Shown here one piece after another: positions 11,013-19,306 of a DNA stretch of 64,000 nucleotides. The notes below the pieces were generated by a model. The model was given only the letters and a program-made list of their open reading frames with translations. It made no database searches and was not told the origin of the DNA. The stretch is from an uncultured virus (IMG/VR IMGVR_UViG_3300006145_000002) (lineage: Duplodnaviria; Heunggongvirae; Uroviricota; Caudoviricetes), in IMG/VR virus record IMGVR_UViG_3300006145_000002; one strand, 5' to 3'. The translations under genes were made by a program, and so were the position numbers. The stretch's first letter is position 1; the number at the start of each line of letters is the position of its first letter.

Positions 11013-11684
11013 GTGCAAAATATGAACATCGAAACCAAAGCAAATGTTGGCGACACTATTTATTTTTTGAAACGGATCAATCGTGTAACTTGTCCCTTAT
11101 GTAATGGAGATGGCAAAATTATTCTTGCGCCAAAGGTAAGCGCAAGTTCGATTGGTGAGCAAATTGTTGAGCAATTTATGAATGCTTCTATGGGTAATGT
11201 TAAAGAGTATGATTGTCCTGAGTGCGGTGGTAAGGGTACTGTAAAGGCTACTGGTCAGTCTCAATATGAAGTTGGTAAGGGTACTGTGATTTCTATTGAG
11301 GCCACTATGAATCAGGGGCATGAAAAGGTTATTTATCGTGTTGCAGATTCTACCAGTGCTACTAACAGAACGCTTACGGATGAAAAGCTGTATCTGGATC
11401 AGGAGGCCGCTGAAAAGCAATGTAGATTTATGAATCTGGAGCGGCGTGTAATTCCTCTGGAATGTGTGCAGATTCCTCCCTGCTTCGCCAAGACAATTCC
11501 TTGCAACGAAAAGTTGATGAAGCGTCTGAATGAGTGGCGTAGTCATCGAAAGTTTGAAACTGAGATTTATGTGGATGAGAACCTGAATTTGTTTGATGGC
11601 TATACGTCTTATCTGGTGTATCGTATGCTTGGCATTTTTGATATTCCTGTTGTGATCTGGCCTGAAGATGAAAGGAGCAAGTAA
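11013..11684 (+). CDS. DnaJ-type zinc-finger protein
   Basis: CPLCNGDG and CPECGGKG repeats. Confidence 0.6.
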   Translation: MQNMNIETKANVGDTIYFLKRINRVTCPLCNGDGKIILAPKVSASSIGEQIVEQFMNASMGNVKEYDCPECGGKGTVKATGQSQYEVGKGTVISIEATMNQGHEKVIYRVADSTSATNRTLTDEKLYLDQEAAEKQCRFMNLERRVIPLECVQIPPCFAKTIPCNEKLMKRLNEWRSHRKFETEIYVDENLNLFDGYTSYLVYRMLGIFDIPVVIWPEDERSK

Positions 11685-12059
11685 ATGATTGCTGTTATTT
11701 TGCTTATGATTTGTGGTGCATTTTGGATTGTATCGAGTTTTATTAATAAAACAAAAAATGTGGCATCTACAATGTTTTATAACGTAGTCCCGTTTGTTAC
11801 TGGCGTAATTGTATTTGGTGTTGCGCTGGGTATGCTGGGAGTGATTAATATTCCAGTATGACAGATATTACAATAGGCAGTACATATTATGATAGACAGA
11901 TGAATCGAATTCATGTTGTTGATATTGCAGAAAATTTTAACAACAAATCTGGTGAAAACTCGAAAGTAGTTTTATACAGAAAGAATAAAGACAAAAAGAT
12001 TCTACAGTCTTTTCATGATGTACTTATATCAACATTAAAAGAAAGGAAATGATGTAACA

Positions 12060-12455
12060 ATGAAAAAGAAAATGATTGCTATTTTAATGTGTGTTGGGGT
12101 ATTGGTCTGTTTGTTGTGTGGGTGTCAGCGTCAGTCAGATCGAGTTGCTTACAATATTTCAAAAGAGGCAGACAACTTTAATGTGACACGGCGATTGGAA
12201 GTTATTAATGCCCGTACTGATAAGCCTGTATTTGAGTTGATTGGCAATTTTGCTATTTCTAACAATTCAACTAATGAACTTGAGATTACAGTTGAGGTTG
12301 GTCAGGGTGTATATAAGAAGCATATGGTTTATCTTAACCAGTGGACTATTTATGTGGTTGAAGATGTAAGTGGAGCCTATGTTGATAAATACCATTATGA
12401 AGTGAACTTCCTGCCTGAGATGATTATTCCTGTTACTATTACAATGAATGATTGA
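12060..12455 (+). CDS. phage lipoprotein
   Basis: MKKK, hydrophobic stretch, LCGC lipobox. Confidence 0.65.
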   Translation: MKKKMIAILMCVGVLVCLLCGCQRQSDRVAYNISKEADNFNVTRRLEVINARTDKPVFELIGNFAISNNSTNELEITVEVGQGVYKKHMVYLNQWTIYVVEDVSGAYVDKYHYEVNFLPEMIIPVTITMND

Positions 12456-12667
12456 GGTAATTTAGATGGATGATTTTCTGCATGAAATTCTGGAAAGCAC
12501 TAAAAAGATGTTTCCGGGAGCAACCAGTGTGAATATTATAATCACAAACGGAGAAGTAAAAGCTACTGCATCGTATCATGGGGAACTGTCTGATTATTCT
12601 ATGCAAAAGATTGATGGTACGTGGTGTAGCAAGCGTAAATAACGGAGTATTCAACAGGTGATGCGAT

Positions 12668-12949
12668 ATGGATGTAATTGAAAAGTATCTTCGTGAACAT
12701 TCTGATGGTAAAGATTATCCAGTCTGTAGTAGTGAATTAGCGAAAGCATTTGGTGTTCCTCGAACTACGATCAGGCGCATGATTAATACTGCACGTAGTA
12801 ATGGTAGTCCGATTTGTTCTGGTCAAAAAGGCTATTACATTACAAATGACAAAGAGGAAATTAAAAGTACCATTGATTCTTTGCGTGGCAGAATTAGCAA
12901 GATGGAATGTACAATTACTGGCCTTGAAAAATATTTACATACTATTTGA
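12668..12949 (+). CDS. winged-HTH protein
   Basis: SSELAKAFGVPRTTIRRMI...GYY. Confidence 0.7.
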   Translation: MDVIEKYLREHSDGKDYPVCSSELAKAFGVPRTTIRRMINTARSNGSPICSGQKGYYITNDKEEIKSTIDSLRGRISKMECTITGLEKYLHTI

Positions 12950-12963
12950 AAGGAGTATTCTGT

Positions 12964-13719
12964 ATGAAAATTTCTGATGAGATTTTGGGTATTCTTTCTC
13001 GATGTACAGTAGATGGGAATACACTATATCTTCCAGATGAGCAGCTTGATCGTAAGACCTATACAGCCGTAAATAAGTGCCTCGTCAACATTGGAGGTAA
13101 GTGGAACCGAAAAGCTAAAGGTCATGTATTTGACCATGATCCGTCCGATGATTTGGATTCGATGTTGTTGACTGGCGAAACTGTGGATATGAAAAAGGTC
13201 TATCAGTTCTTTCCTACGCCCAAGGAGATTGCGCAGCAGATGTGTCAAATGGCTGACCTTGATAAGACGTGCATTGTTTTGGAGCCTTCGTGTGGGCGTG
13301 GTGATCTGGCAGACGAGATTTATGCAGTTGGTGTAGCAAATCTGCATGGAGTTGAAATCAATTCTGATATGCGTAGGTATTTGGACGATAAGCCATATAC
13401 TACTGAAACTGGAGTTGATTTTCTGACATTTGCAGATATAGATGAAAACAAGAATGTGTATACACGCATTATTATGAATCCTCCATTTTCAAAGCATCAA
13501 GACGTGGATCATATTCTTGCAGCGTATAATCTGCTTGCTCCGGGCGGTGTGCTGGTGTCTGTTGTTAGTCCGTCCCCGTTCTTTAGAACGGATAAGAAAT
13601 CTGTATTATTCCAGAACTGGATGAAGGAAGTTAATGCAGAAGTTGTTGATGTGCCAGAGGGCGCATTTAAAGAGAGTGGTACAATGATTCGTACTAAGAT
13701 CATCAAAGCGTACAAGTAA
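12964..13719 (+). CDS. SAM-dependent N6-adenine DNA methyltransferase
   Basis: QFFPTP, VLEPSCGRG (motif I), IMNPPF (motif IV). Confidence 0.85.
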   Translation: MKISDEILGILSRCTVDGNTLYLPDEQLDRKTYTAVNKCLVNIGGKWNRKAKGHVFDHDPSDDLDSMLLTGETVDMKKVYQFFPTPKEIAQQMCQMADLDKTCIVLEPSCGRGDLADEIYAVGVANLHGVEINSDMRRYLDDKPYTTETGVDFLTFADIDENKNVYTRIIMNPPFSKHQDVDHILAAYNLLAPGGVLVSVVSPSPFFRTDKKSVLFQNWMKEVNAEVVDVPEGAFKESGTMIRTKIIKAYK

Positions 13720-13725
13720 AATAAA

Positions 13726-13759
13726 ACTCCCCTGCCACATTTATATGTGGCGGGGGAGA
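13726..13759 (+). terminator. GC-rich hairpin (terminator or processing site) before the tRNAs
   Basis: CTCCCCTGCCACAT / ATGTGGCGGGGGAG inverted repeat. Confidence 0.55.
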
Positions 13760-13764
13760 GATAT

Positions 13765-13855
13765 GGCAGCGTGGCAGAGTGGCTTAATGCGGCGGTCTTG
13801 AAAACCGTTGGCGACTAATAATCGTCCGTGGGTTCGATTCCCACCGCTGCCGCCA
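13765..13855 (+). tRNA. tRNA-Ser(UGA)
   Basis: Acceptor GGCAGCG/CGCTGCC, G73, encoded CCA, anticodon loop CT-TGA-AA, long variable arm, GTTCGATTC T-loop. Confidence 0.93.
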
Positions 13856-13858
13856 TAT

Positions 13859-13950
13859 TGGAGAATGGTGGAATTGGTAGACACACCGTACTATGGAGCG
13901 GCGAAGGTAGCGCAGCCTTCTTGTAGGTTCAAGTCCTACTTCTCCAGCCA
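13859..13950 (+). tRNA. atypical class II tRNA, apparent anticodon AUG, irregular anticodon stem
   Basis: Acceptor TGGAGAA/TTCTCCA plus GCCA, Leu-like D-arm GGTGGAATTGGTAGACAC, variable arm GAAGGT/GCCTTC, T-arm GTAGG-TTCAAGT-CCTAC. Confidence 0.75.
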
Positions 13951-13952
13951 AA

Positions 13953-14336
13953 TTATTTTTTAAGAATCAGAGTGATATTATTTGATATTTCCAACAGAAT
14001 TTTATTACCGTCAAGCGTCAAATACTCAGAATGGCTATCATCGTATATCTCAATTATATCGTCTGTGACAGTATAATCCAAAGTATCATCTAAACCACTC
14101 ATAGGAAACTCTGCTTTGACATGGCCTGAAGATTGAAATACCAGTTTAGTATCATTATTTGCGGCGAATGATTCTCCAATCCATTCAACCGCTGTTTCTG
14201 GTGATACTACTTCGCCGTCAATCTCATAGCTGTCAACTGTCCATGTACCAACAATAGAACTTGAGTCTGATCCGCAACCTGTTAAGGTGATAAGTATAGC
14301 CATAATTGTAAAAAGTATAATAAAAGTTCTTTTCAT
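13953..14336 (-). CDS. lipoprotein (lipocalin-like), candidate superinfection exclusion protein
   Basis: LTGC lipobox, IVGTW motif, last gene of the repressor operon. Confidence 0.65.
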   Translation of the reverse strand: MKRTFIILFTIMAILITLTGCGSDSSSIVGTWTVDSYEIDGEVVSPETAVEWIGESFAANNDTKLVFQSSGHVKAEFPMSGLDDTLDYTVTDDIIEIYDDSHSEYLTLDGNKILLEISNNITLILKK

Positions 14337-14338
14337 AC

Positions 14339-14971
14339 TTACCTCATTTCAAGACGTTGATTGACCAATCGTTTCATGTCATTTTCCCAAGCTGTTTTTC
14401 TATGGTTACGTTTCCACTTAATATACTCATTCCAGCGCACGTTAGAAGCCTCATATGACAATCCAAAAACATCCTGAATATCAGATGCCGATTGAATATG
14501 AAGCTGCTCATATAATGGCATAGGACAAAGCAAGAGGGCCGCAAAGTAATCTGCTTCAGCCTCCAGTTCAGGATTAGAAAGTTTGTTAAAATTGTTCTCT
14601 GCGATCCGTGGTTCGGCTAAGTATGATAAGTGCTTTAGAATTACGTGACCAAGTTCATGCGCCAGAGTCCATCTAATACGACCAACAACATTATTGTTCG
14701 CCGTAGAGCCATTGAAAAGTACAAGGTATCTGTTGTTAGTTATATCATAGTGAGTACAACCACTTTCGCTTTCACATAATTCCAGTACGTCATTGATAGA
14801 ACATGAATTGATTTCAGCAAAAGTAGTATATGCCATTGTTTTACAGTTCTTGATTTGATCAAAGAATAGTTGCGGGTTCATTGGGAAACTGATTGTAGGT
14901 AAGCTGCGGTAAAGCTGTAGGACTTGGTTACAAATATAAGCATATCTAATCAAGCGTCTATCACCTCGCAA
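14339..14971 (-). CDS. ImmA/IrrE family metallopeptidase (anti-repressor)
   Basis: RIRWTLAHELGH and EAEADYFAALLLCP. Directly downstream of an XRE repressor. Confidence 0.9.
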   Translation of the reverse strand: MRGDRRLIRYAYICNQVLQLYRSLPTISFPMNPQLFFDQIKNCKTMAYTTFAEINSCSINDVLELCESESGCTHYDITNNRYLVLFNGSTANNNVVGRIRWTLAHELGHVILKHLSYLAEPRIAENNFNKLSNPELEAEADYFAALLLCPMPLYEQLHIQSASDIQDVFGLSYEASNVRWNEYIKWKRNHRKTAWENDMKRLVNQRLEMR

Positions 14972-15005
14972 TTATCATAGCATAGATAAAGTCCAATAAT
15001 ACGGA

Positions 15006-15359
15006 CTATTCTTCATTGTCATCTTTAAACGCATAGTCAAATCCAATACGAAGCATTTGCATCATCCGCTGCGGATCGCCTTTGACCATTTTTGACTTTG
15101 CTCGTTGGATAGAAATAATATCTGGATCACCACAAATTTCATCCGCTGATGTAGGAATTTCAGTCAGGCCAAGCAGATAATCGACAGTGACTCCAAAATA
15201 TTGTGCTATTGCTTTAATCTTATCTACTCCGGGCGTACTGGTAGCTTTCCATTTTTTGATTGTAGAATTTGAAAATCCACAATCACTTTCCAGACGTGCT
15301 ATACTGATTTTTCTATCTTCGCACAGTTTTTGAATGCGGTCATATAAACCCATTTCCAT
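15006..15359 (-). CDS. XRE-family HTH repressor (ImmR/CI-like)
   Basis: ISIARLE..GFSNSTIKKW, IAQYFGVTVDYLLG. Confidence 0.9.
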   Translation of the reverse strand: MEMGLYDRIQKLCEDRKISIARLESDCGFSNSTIKKWKATSTPGVDKIKAIAQYFGVTVDYLLGLTEIPTSADEICGDPDIISIQRAKSKMVKGDPQRMMQMLRIGFDYAFKDDNEE

Positions 15360-15377
15360 AAAATTTCCCCTCCACTT

Positions 15378-15454
15378 AGAATATTATCTCATTTTATGCT
15401 TGACATTGAGAAAGCTATCTGATATAGTATGACCGTGGGCTGAGAAAATTATCT
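15378..15454. promoter_or_regulatory. divergent promoter region with three AGA-N6-TCT operator-like sites
   Basis: AGAATATTATCT 15378, AGAAAGCTATCT 15409, AGAAAATTATCT 15443. TTGACA 15400 and TATAGT 15423. Confidence 0.7.
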
Positions 15455-15508
15455 CTGCACCGCCCATTATACGGTAAATAATCTAATTTGTCAATATAGA
15501 ATAGGAGT

Positions 15509-16234
15509 GTGATCGAGTTGCATATCAAAGCTGATCCTGTAAGCAATGTAAAGATGCTTTCTTTGCTTTCTCTGTTGAGTAAGTACGACCTTTTCCATAT
15601 TTCAGCCGATAATGGTCGTGAATTTAATGCGACAGAAATTGTTGGTGATAATGCAGGGTATATGGAATTTAAACGGCTTTTTGCTAATTCGGTTCATTCC
15701 AATGGTTATGTAGTAGATATTCAGGCCATAAGTGAAATTGAGTTTATTTGCAAAACATCTTCTGTTGTATATCACATTTCCGCCTTACATACGAAGCAGC
15801 AAGATTCTATTATCAGAGAACGAAAAATATGGAAAGAAATTTCTGATCTAATGTGTGTAGATTACTTTGGTGATCGTTTAATCAGCTATGTGAAAGAATT
15901 AGATATGCTGATATTGGTAGTTGATCCATCGCTGCTGGGTGAGTTACATCCTATGGAACAGCGGCAAATTCAACACATCATCAATGTTTATTTAAATGGC
16001 TATTCTGATTCCATGCAAATGAGCCGTACTGTGTGTTTCCAGATTAAATTACATGACGGACGCAATAGAATTTATGCGGGAGTATATGATTTGGAAGGCC
16101 AGAATTCAATAACCAGTATTCCTATTTATGATGACCGGGACAAAGAAATAATTGCTGATGATCTCTACAATAAAGCACAGGAGGTATTGAAATATGCAAA
16201 AGAGATGGCAGCAAAATTTTCCTTTCAAAACTAA
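15509..16234 (+). CDS. hypothetical protein divergent from the repressor
   Basis: 241-aa ORF with AGGAG RBS. Confidence 0.65.
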   Translation: MIELHIKADPVSNVKMLSLLSLLSKYDLFHISADNGREFNATEIVGDNAGYMEFKRLFANSVHSNGYVVDIQAISEIEFICKTSSVVYHISALHTKQQDSIIRERKIWKEISDLMCVDYFGDRLISYVKELDMLILVVDPSLLGELHPMEQRQIQHIINVYLNGYSDSMQMSRTVCFQIKLHDGRNRIYAGVYDLEGQNSITSIPIYDDRDKEIIADDLYNKAQEVLKYAKEMAAKFSFQN

Positions 16235-16318
16235 AGATTGTGCTTGACATTTGTGGTCAAGCATGATAGTATAATAACAGGTTATTCAATAATAGATATA
16301 GATAGGGGGGGTGCTGAT

Positions 16319-16672
16319 ATGAGGACTATAAAAAGAGGCGATATTTTCTATGCTGATTTAAGTCCAGCCATAGGAAGTGAGCAGGGTGGCACAAGGCCAG
16401 TTTTGATAGTTCAAAATGATGTAGGAAATTATCATAGTCCAACAGTAATTGTTGCTATTTTAACATCCAAATCAAAGAAAAAACTTCCTACTCATATCAG
16501 CATTCATTCAGGTGAAGGTAATATTACAATGGATTCTACGGTTTTACTGGAGCAAATACGAACGATTGATAAGTTTCGGCTACAAAAATATGTTGGTAGC
16601 GTTTCCGATGATACAATGGATCGTGTTGACCGGGCCATGCTGATAAGTCTTGGCCTCAGTAATTCGGCATAA
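16319..16672 (+). CDS. mazF: MazF/PemK family endoribonuclease
   Basis: IKRGDIFYADLSPAIGSEQGGTRPVLIVQND, LEQIRTIDK. Confidence 0.93.
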   Translation: MRTIKRGDIFYADLSPAIGSEQGGTRPVLIVQNDVGNYHSPTVIVAILTSKSKKKLPTHISIHSGEGNITMDSTVLLEQIRTIDKFRLQKYVGSVSDDTMDRVDRAMLISLGLSNSA

Positions 16673-16743
16673 TAACAGTTTATTCAAAAAACATCTTGAC
16701 AAGGACGCTTAAATCTGTTATTATATTAATTGAGGTGATGAAC

Positions 16744-17706
16744 ATGATTGAGCAATCCGTTATGGATAGGTATATCGCAGAATCATCCTTAAAAATGACA
16801 GAAATGAGCAGGATCAATTTTGAAAATCTCTTGACCAGATTTTTCAATCTGAAACCTTCGGTAGAATTTGCCGATCTAAGAAAAGCAGATTTGATTGAAA
16901 TGTATTCTCAGTTGAATCAACATTCTATTGGCGGGTTCATTACACATAAAAGTAAAGTTAATGATTTTGCCAAATGGATGTATGAACAAGGTTATGGATC
17001 GGCTGAATTGCTGCGTGATATTTCTGATCTAAAGTATTCGGACATAAATCACGATTATCTGTATGATATTTACTATTTCAGAGATGTTGAAGAATTATGG
17101 AATTCTATGTCGCTGATATTTGAAGATCGAGGAACGGAGTTTGATACATTTAAGGCGGCTGCTATAATGGTATGGCTGGGGATTGATTTGAATGATCTGC
17201 CAGACATATTAAAAATTGATATAGATGAATCAAGTCAAAGTATTATTCATCCAGTTACAAGACAGAAAGTTGAATTACCACCAGTTGATTTGCGTGATAA
17301 AATATTTTCCTTTTTGGTTAGCTATCGTGATGCGGATTCATGCGATACAAGAAAATTTGGCGGCAGAGTTCTTCCTTATATGCAAAGTAAATATTTATTA
17401 CGAAGCTATAAGAATGCTCATCTTACAGTGATTCAACTAAGGAAAACATCTGATCCAGTAAATCAATTAGCAAAAGATCAAGAATCACAAAGAGTTTTTC
17501 AATGGAATAAAATTTACTTGTCTGGCCTGTATTATCGTATCAATCAATATGAAAAGCAGCATGGTTCAATAGAAAATGATATGAGTATGCTAAATGAGTT
17601 TTTTACGTGCAATCAGAAAAAAGAAGTTCAAAAAGAAATATCATTTGCCAGAAAGTATAAAGAATATCAAGCGTTTATGAATGCGAAAGAAAAAATAAAT
17701 GTTTGA
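16744..17706 (+). CDS. tyrosine-recombinase-fold protein, probably non-catalytic (candidate repressor)
   Basis: Size, SAM-like N-domain ending DFAKWMYEQG, WLGI..NDLPDILKIDID segment without the catalytic Arg, IYLSG. No HxxR motif. Confidence 0.5.
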   Translation: MIEQSVMDRYIAESSLKMTEMSRINFENLLTRFFNLKPSVEFADLRKADLIEMYSQLNQHSIGGFITHKSKVNDFAKWMYEQGYGSAELLRDISDLKYSDINHDYLYDIYYFRDVEELWNSMSLIFEDRGTEFDTFKAAAIMVWLGIDLNDLPDILKIDIDESSQSIIHPVTRQKVELPPVDLRDKIFSFLVSYRDADSCDTRKFGGRVLPYMQSKYLLRSYKNAHLTVIQLRKTSDPVNQLAKDQESQRVFQWNKIYLSGLYYRINQYEKQHGSIENDMSMLNEFFTCNQKKEVQKEISFARKYKEYQAFMNAKEKINV

Positions 17707-17712
17707 ATTCGG

Positions 17713-17739
17713 GTTTTAAGGGGGCCAACCTCTTAAAAC
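17713..17739 (+). terminator. hairpin after the recombinase-like gene
   Basis: GTTTTAAGGGG / CCTCTTAAAAC inverted repeat. Confidence 0.55.
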
Positions 17740-17774
17740 TTACATAAATAACGGTATAATCAATAATAATTATA

Positions 17775-17852
17775 TCGCAAAGTAGTTCAATTGGAAGAAC
17801 GCTCTGGTGATGTGCTGGGGCTATGTTGGTTCGAGTCCAACCTTTGCGAACA
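17775..17852 (+). ncRNA. tRNA-like element with non-canonical anticodon arm
   Basis: Acceptor (T)CGCAAAG/CTTTGCG(A), D-arm GTTC/GAAC, T-arm GTTGG-TTCGAGT-CCAAC. Ends in ACA, not CCA. Confidence 0.7.
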
Positions 17853-17887
17853 TCAAAATTCAAAAATCAAAAAAGGAGTAATGTAAT

Positions 17888-18535
17888 ATGACTGCTGAAA
17901 CTATGACCGTACATAAGGCCCTTGCTGAACTGAAGATTCTTGGTGGTCGCATTGAGGGCGCAATTCTGAGTGGTGATTTTGTTATCACGAAGAAGAACAA
18001 CCAAGATACTGTAAAAGGCAAAACGGTAGAGCAGTATAAGGCCAAGGCTACAGAGGCTTTCCAGAAGGCATCTGATCTGATTCGCCGCCGCAACGCAATT
18101 AAGAATGCTGTGGTTGTTTCTAATGCTAAGACTATGGTGAAAATTGGCGACAAGGAGTATACGGTGGTTGAGGCCATTGAAAAGAAGAATCACGGTATGG
18201 ACTATTACATTCAGCTTCGTGATATTCTTCGCCAGCAGCTTTCAAAGCAGAAAACCGAACTGGAGAAGCATAACGCCTCTCTTCAGCAGAAGGCAGAACA
18301 ATTTGCTGTGGCAATGATGGGCGGCAAAGATGTAAAGGATGTAAAGACCGATAGTGATGAGTATGTTGCTTCGATGAATACTTACATCAAGGCAAATACT
18401 ATGACGCTGCTTGATCCGCTTGGTATCGAAGCAAAGATTGAGGAACTGGATGACATGATTAACACATTCCTGCCCGAAGTGGATGCGGCTCTGTCGGTAA
18501 GTAATGCGGTAACTACCATTACTGTCGAATACTAA
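17888..18535 (+). CDS. alpha-helical coiled-coil protein (resembles DIP1984/DUF6847-like family)
   Basis: MTVHKALAELK..., DLIRRRNAIKNAVVVSNAKT, EVDAALSVSNAVTTI. Strong AAGGAG RBS. Confidence 0.65.
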   Translation: MTAETMTVHKALAELKILGGRIEGAILSGDFVITKKNNQDTVKGKTVEQYKAKATEAFQKASDLIRRRNAIKNAVVVSNAKTMVKIGDKEYTVVEAIEKKNHGMDYYIQLRDILRQQLSKQKTELEKHNASLQQKAEQFAVAMMGGKDVKDVKTDSDEYVASMNTYIKANTMTLLDPLGIEAKIEELDDMINTFLPEVDAALSVSNAVTTITVEY

Positions 18536-18539
18536 AAGC

Positions 18540-18914
18540 TATCTACTCGCTGCGTAACGAAAACTGCAAACCATAACACGCCTGAGTTTAGGTAATGTTC
18601 TGAGGTGTAAATTAATAAAAACATTACCGCCTATAAAAAATTACAGTCTCATAAACTGAGAATATACATATCAAAAAAGAATTAATATTATTCAAGTTTC
18701 TAATAGTAAATTGGAAATTGTAAATGATGACTGTAAAGTTCAAGGCTGAAAGCTGAAGGTTCAAACTTCGCAAAGTTCAAAGTTTATGAATCCTTCAAAG
18801 CTGAAAGATTAGGCAACAAAGACAAAAGTTTTACAAAATCCTTGGTATATGGTTTTTGGAATTGTTATGCTTGTCCAGCAGCTAACCACAAGGCTGTTAC
18901 GTAGCGAGTCGATA
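18540..18914 (+). ncRNA. predicted ~370-nt structured RNA
   Basis: Closing stem ACTCGCTGCGTAAC 18545-18558 / GTTACGTAGCGAGT 18896-18909, several internal helices, no ORF. Confidence 0.7.
18735..18832 (+). repeat. imperfect heptamer repeats, consensus AAAG(T/C)T(C/G)
   Basis: AAAGTTC AAGGCTG AAAGCTG AAGGTTC AAACTTC gc AAAGTTC AAAGTTT ... AAAGCTG AAAGATT ... AAAGTTT. Confidence 0.75.
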
Positions 18915-19005
18915 TATAGAATGTCTGATAGATACTATCGGGCATTCTGTCCAGAACTTAATAAAATGAGTTTTGGGTAGAGTGTCCGATGTAAGGAGTG
19001 ATTAA

Positions 19006-19293
19006 TTGCACAAGAAAGTAATAGCGTTCATTGATAGGTTTACATCTGGCGGCAAATTAAACGACACAATTACCACGTTTACACAAGGATGCTGTTATTG
19101 GTTTGCGTACATTTTGCACAGCAGATTTTCAAATTCTATTATTATGTATGATCCTTTAGAGAATCACTTTGTTGTAGAAATTGAAAAGCGGCTTTACGAT
19201 ATAACAGGGGAAGTCACTGGGCAATACAATGTTGTTCGTTGGAATAAGTACCCTGATAAAAGAGGCATTATTCGAGACTGTATTAAATTTTAA
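19006..19293 (+). CDS. hypothetical protein (possible papain/transglutaminase-like C-H-D fold)
   Basis: QGCCYWFA...NHFVV...LYDITG. AAGGAG RBS. Confidence 0.55.
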   Translation: MHKKVIAFIDRFTSGGKLNDTITTFTQGCCYWFAYILHSRFSNSIIMYDPLENHFVVEIEKRLYDITGEVTGQYNVVRWNKYPDKRGIIRDCIKF

Positions 19294-19306
19294 AGGAGAA
19301 TGTAAA

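Noticed and set aside
13765..13855. tRNA with TGA read as an opal suppressor or tRNA-Sec
   Set aside because: TGA is the anticodon itself (reads UCA, Ser). A UGA-decoding tRNA would need TCA, and genes here end normally at TGA.
17888..18535. DGR accessory protein Avd
   Set aside because: It is longer than a typical Avd, lacks recognisable similarity, and has no adjacent RT or TR.
18735..18832. CRISPR array or DGR template repeat
   Set aside because: The units are 7 nt with no spacers, and the sequence does not resemble the variable region at 19965-20089.
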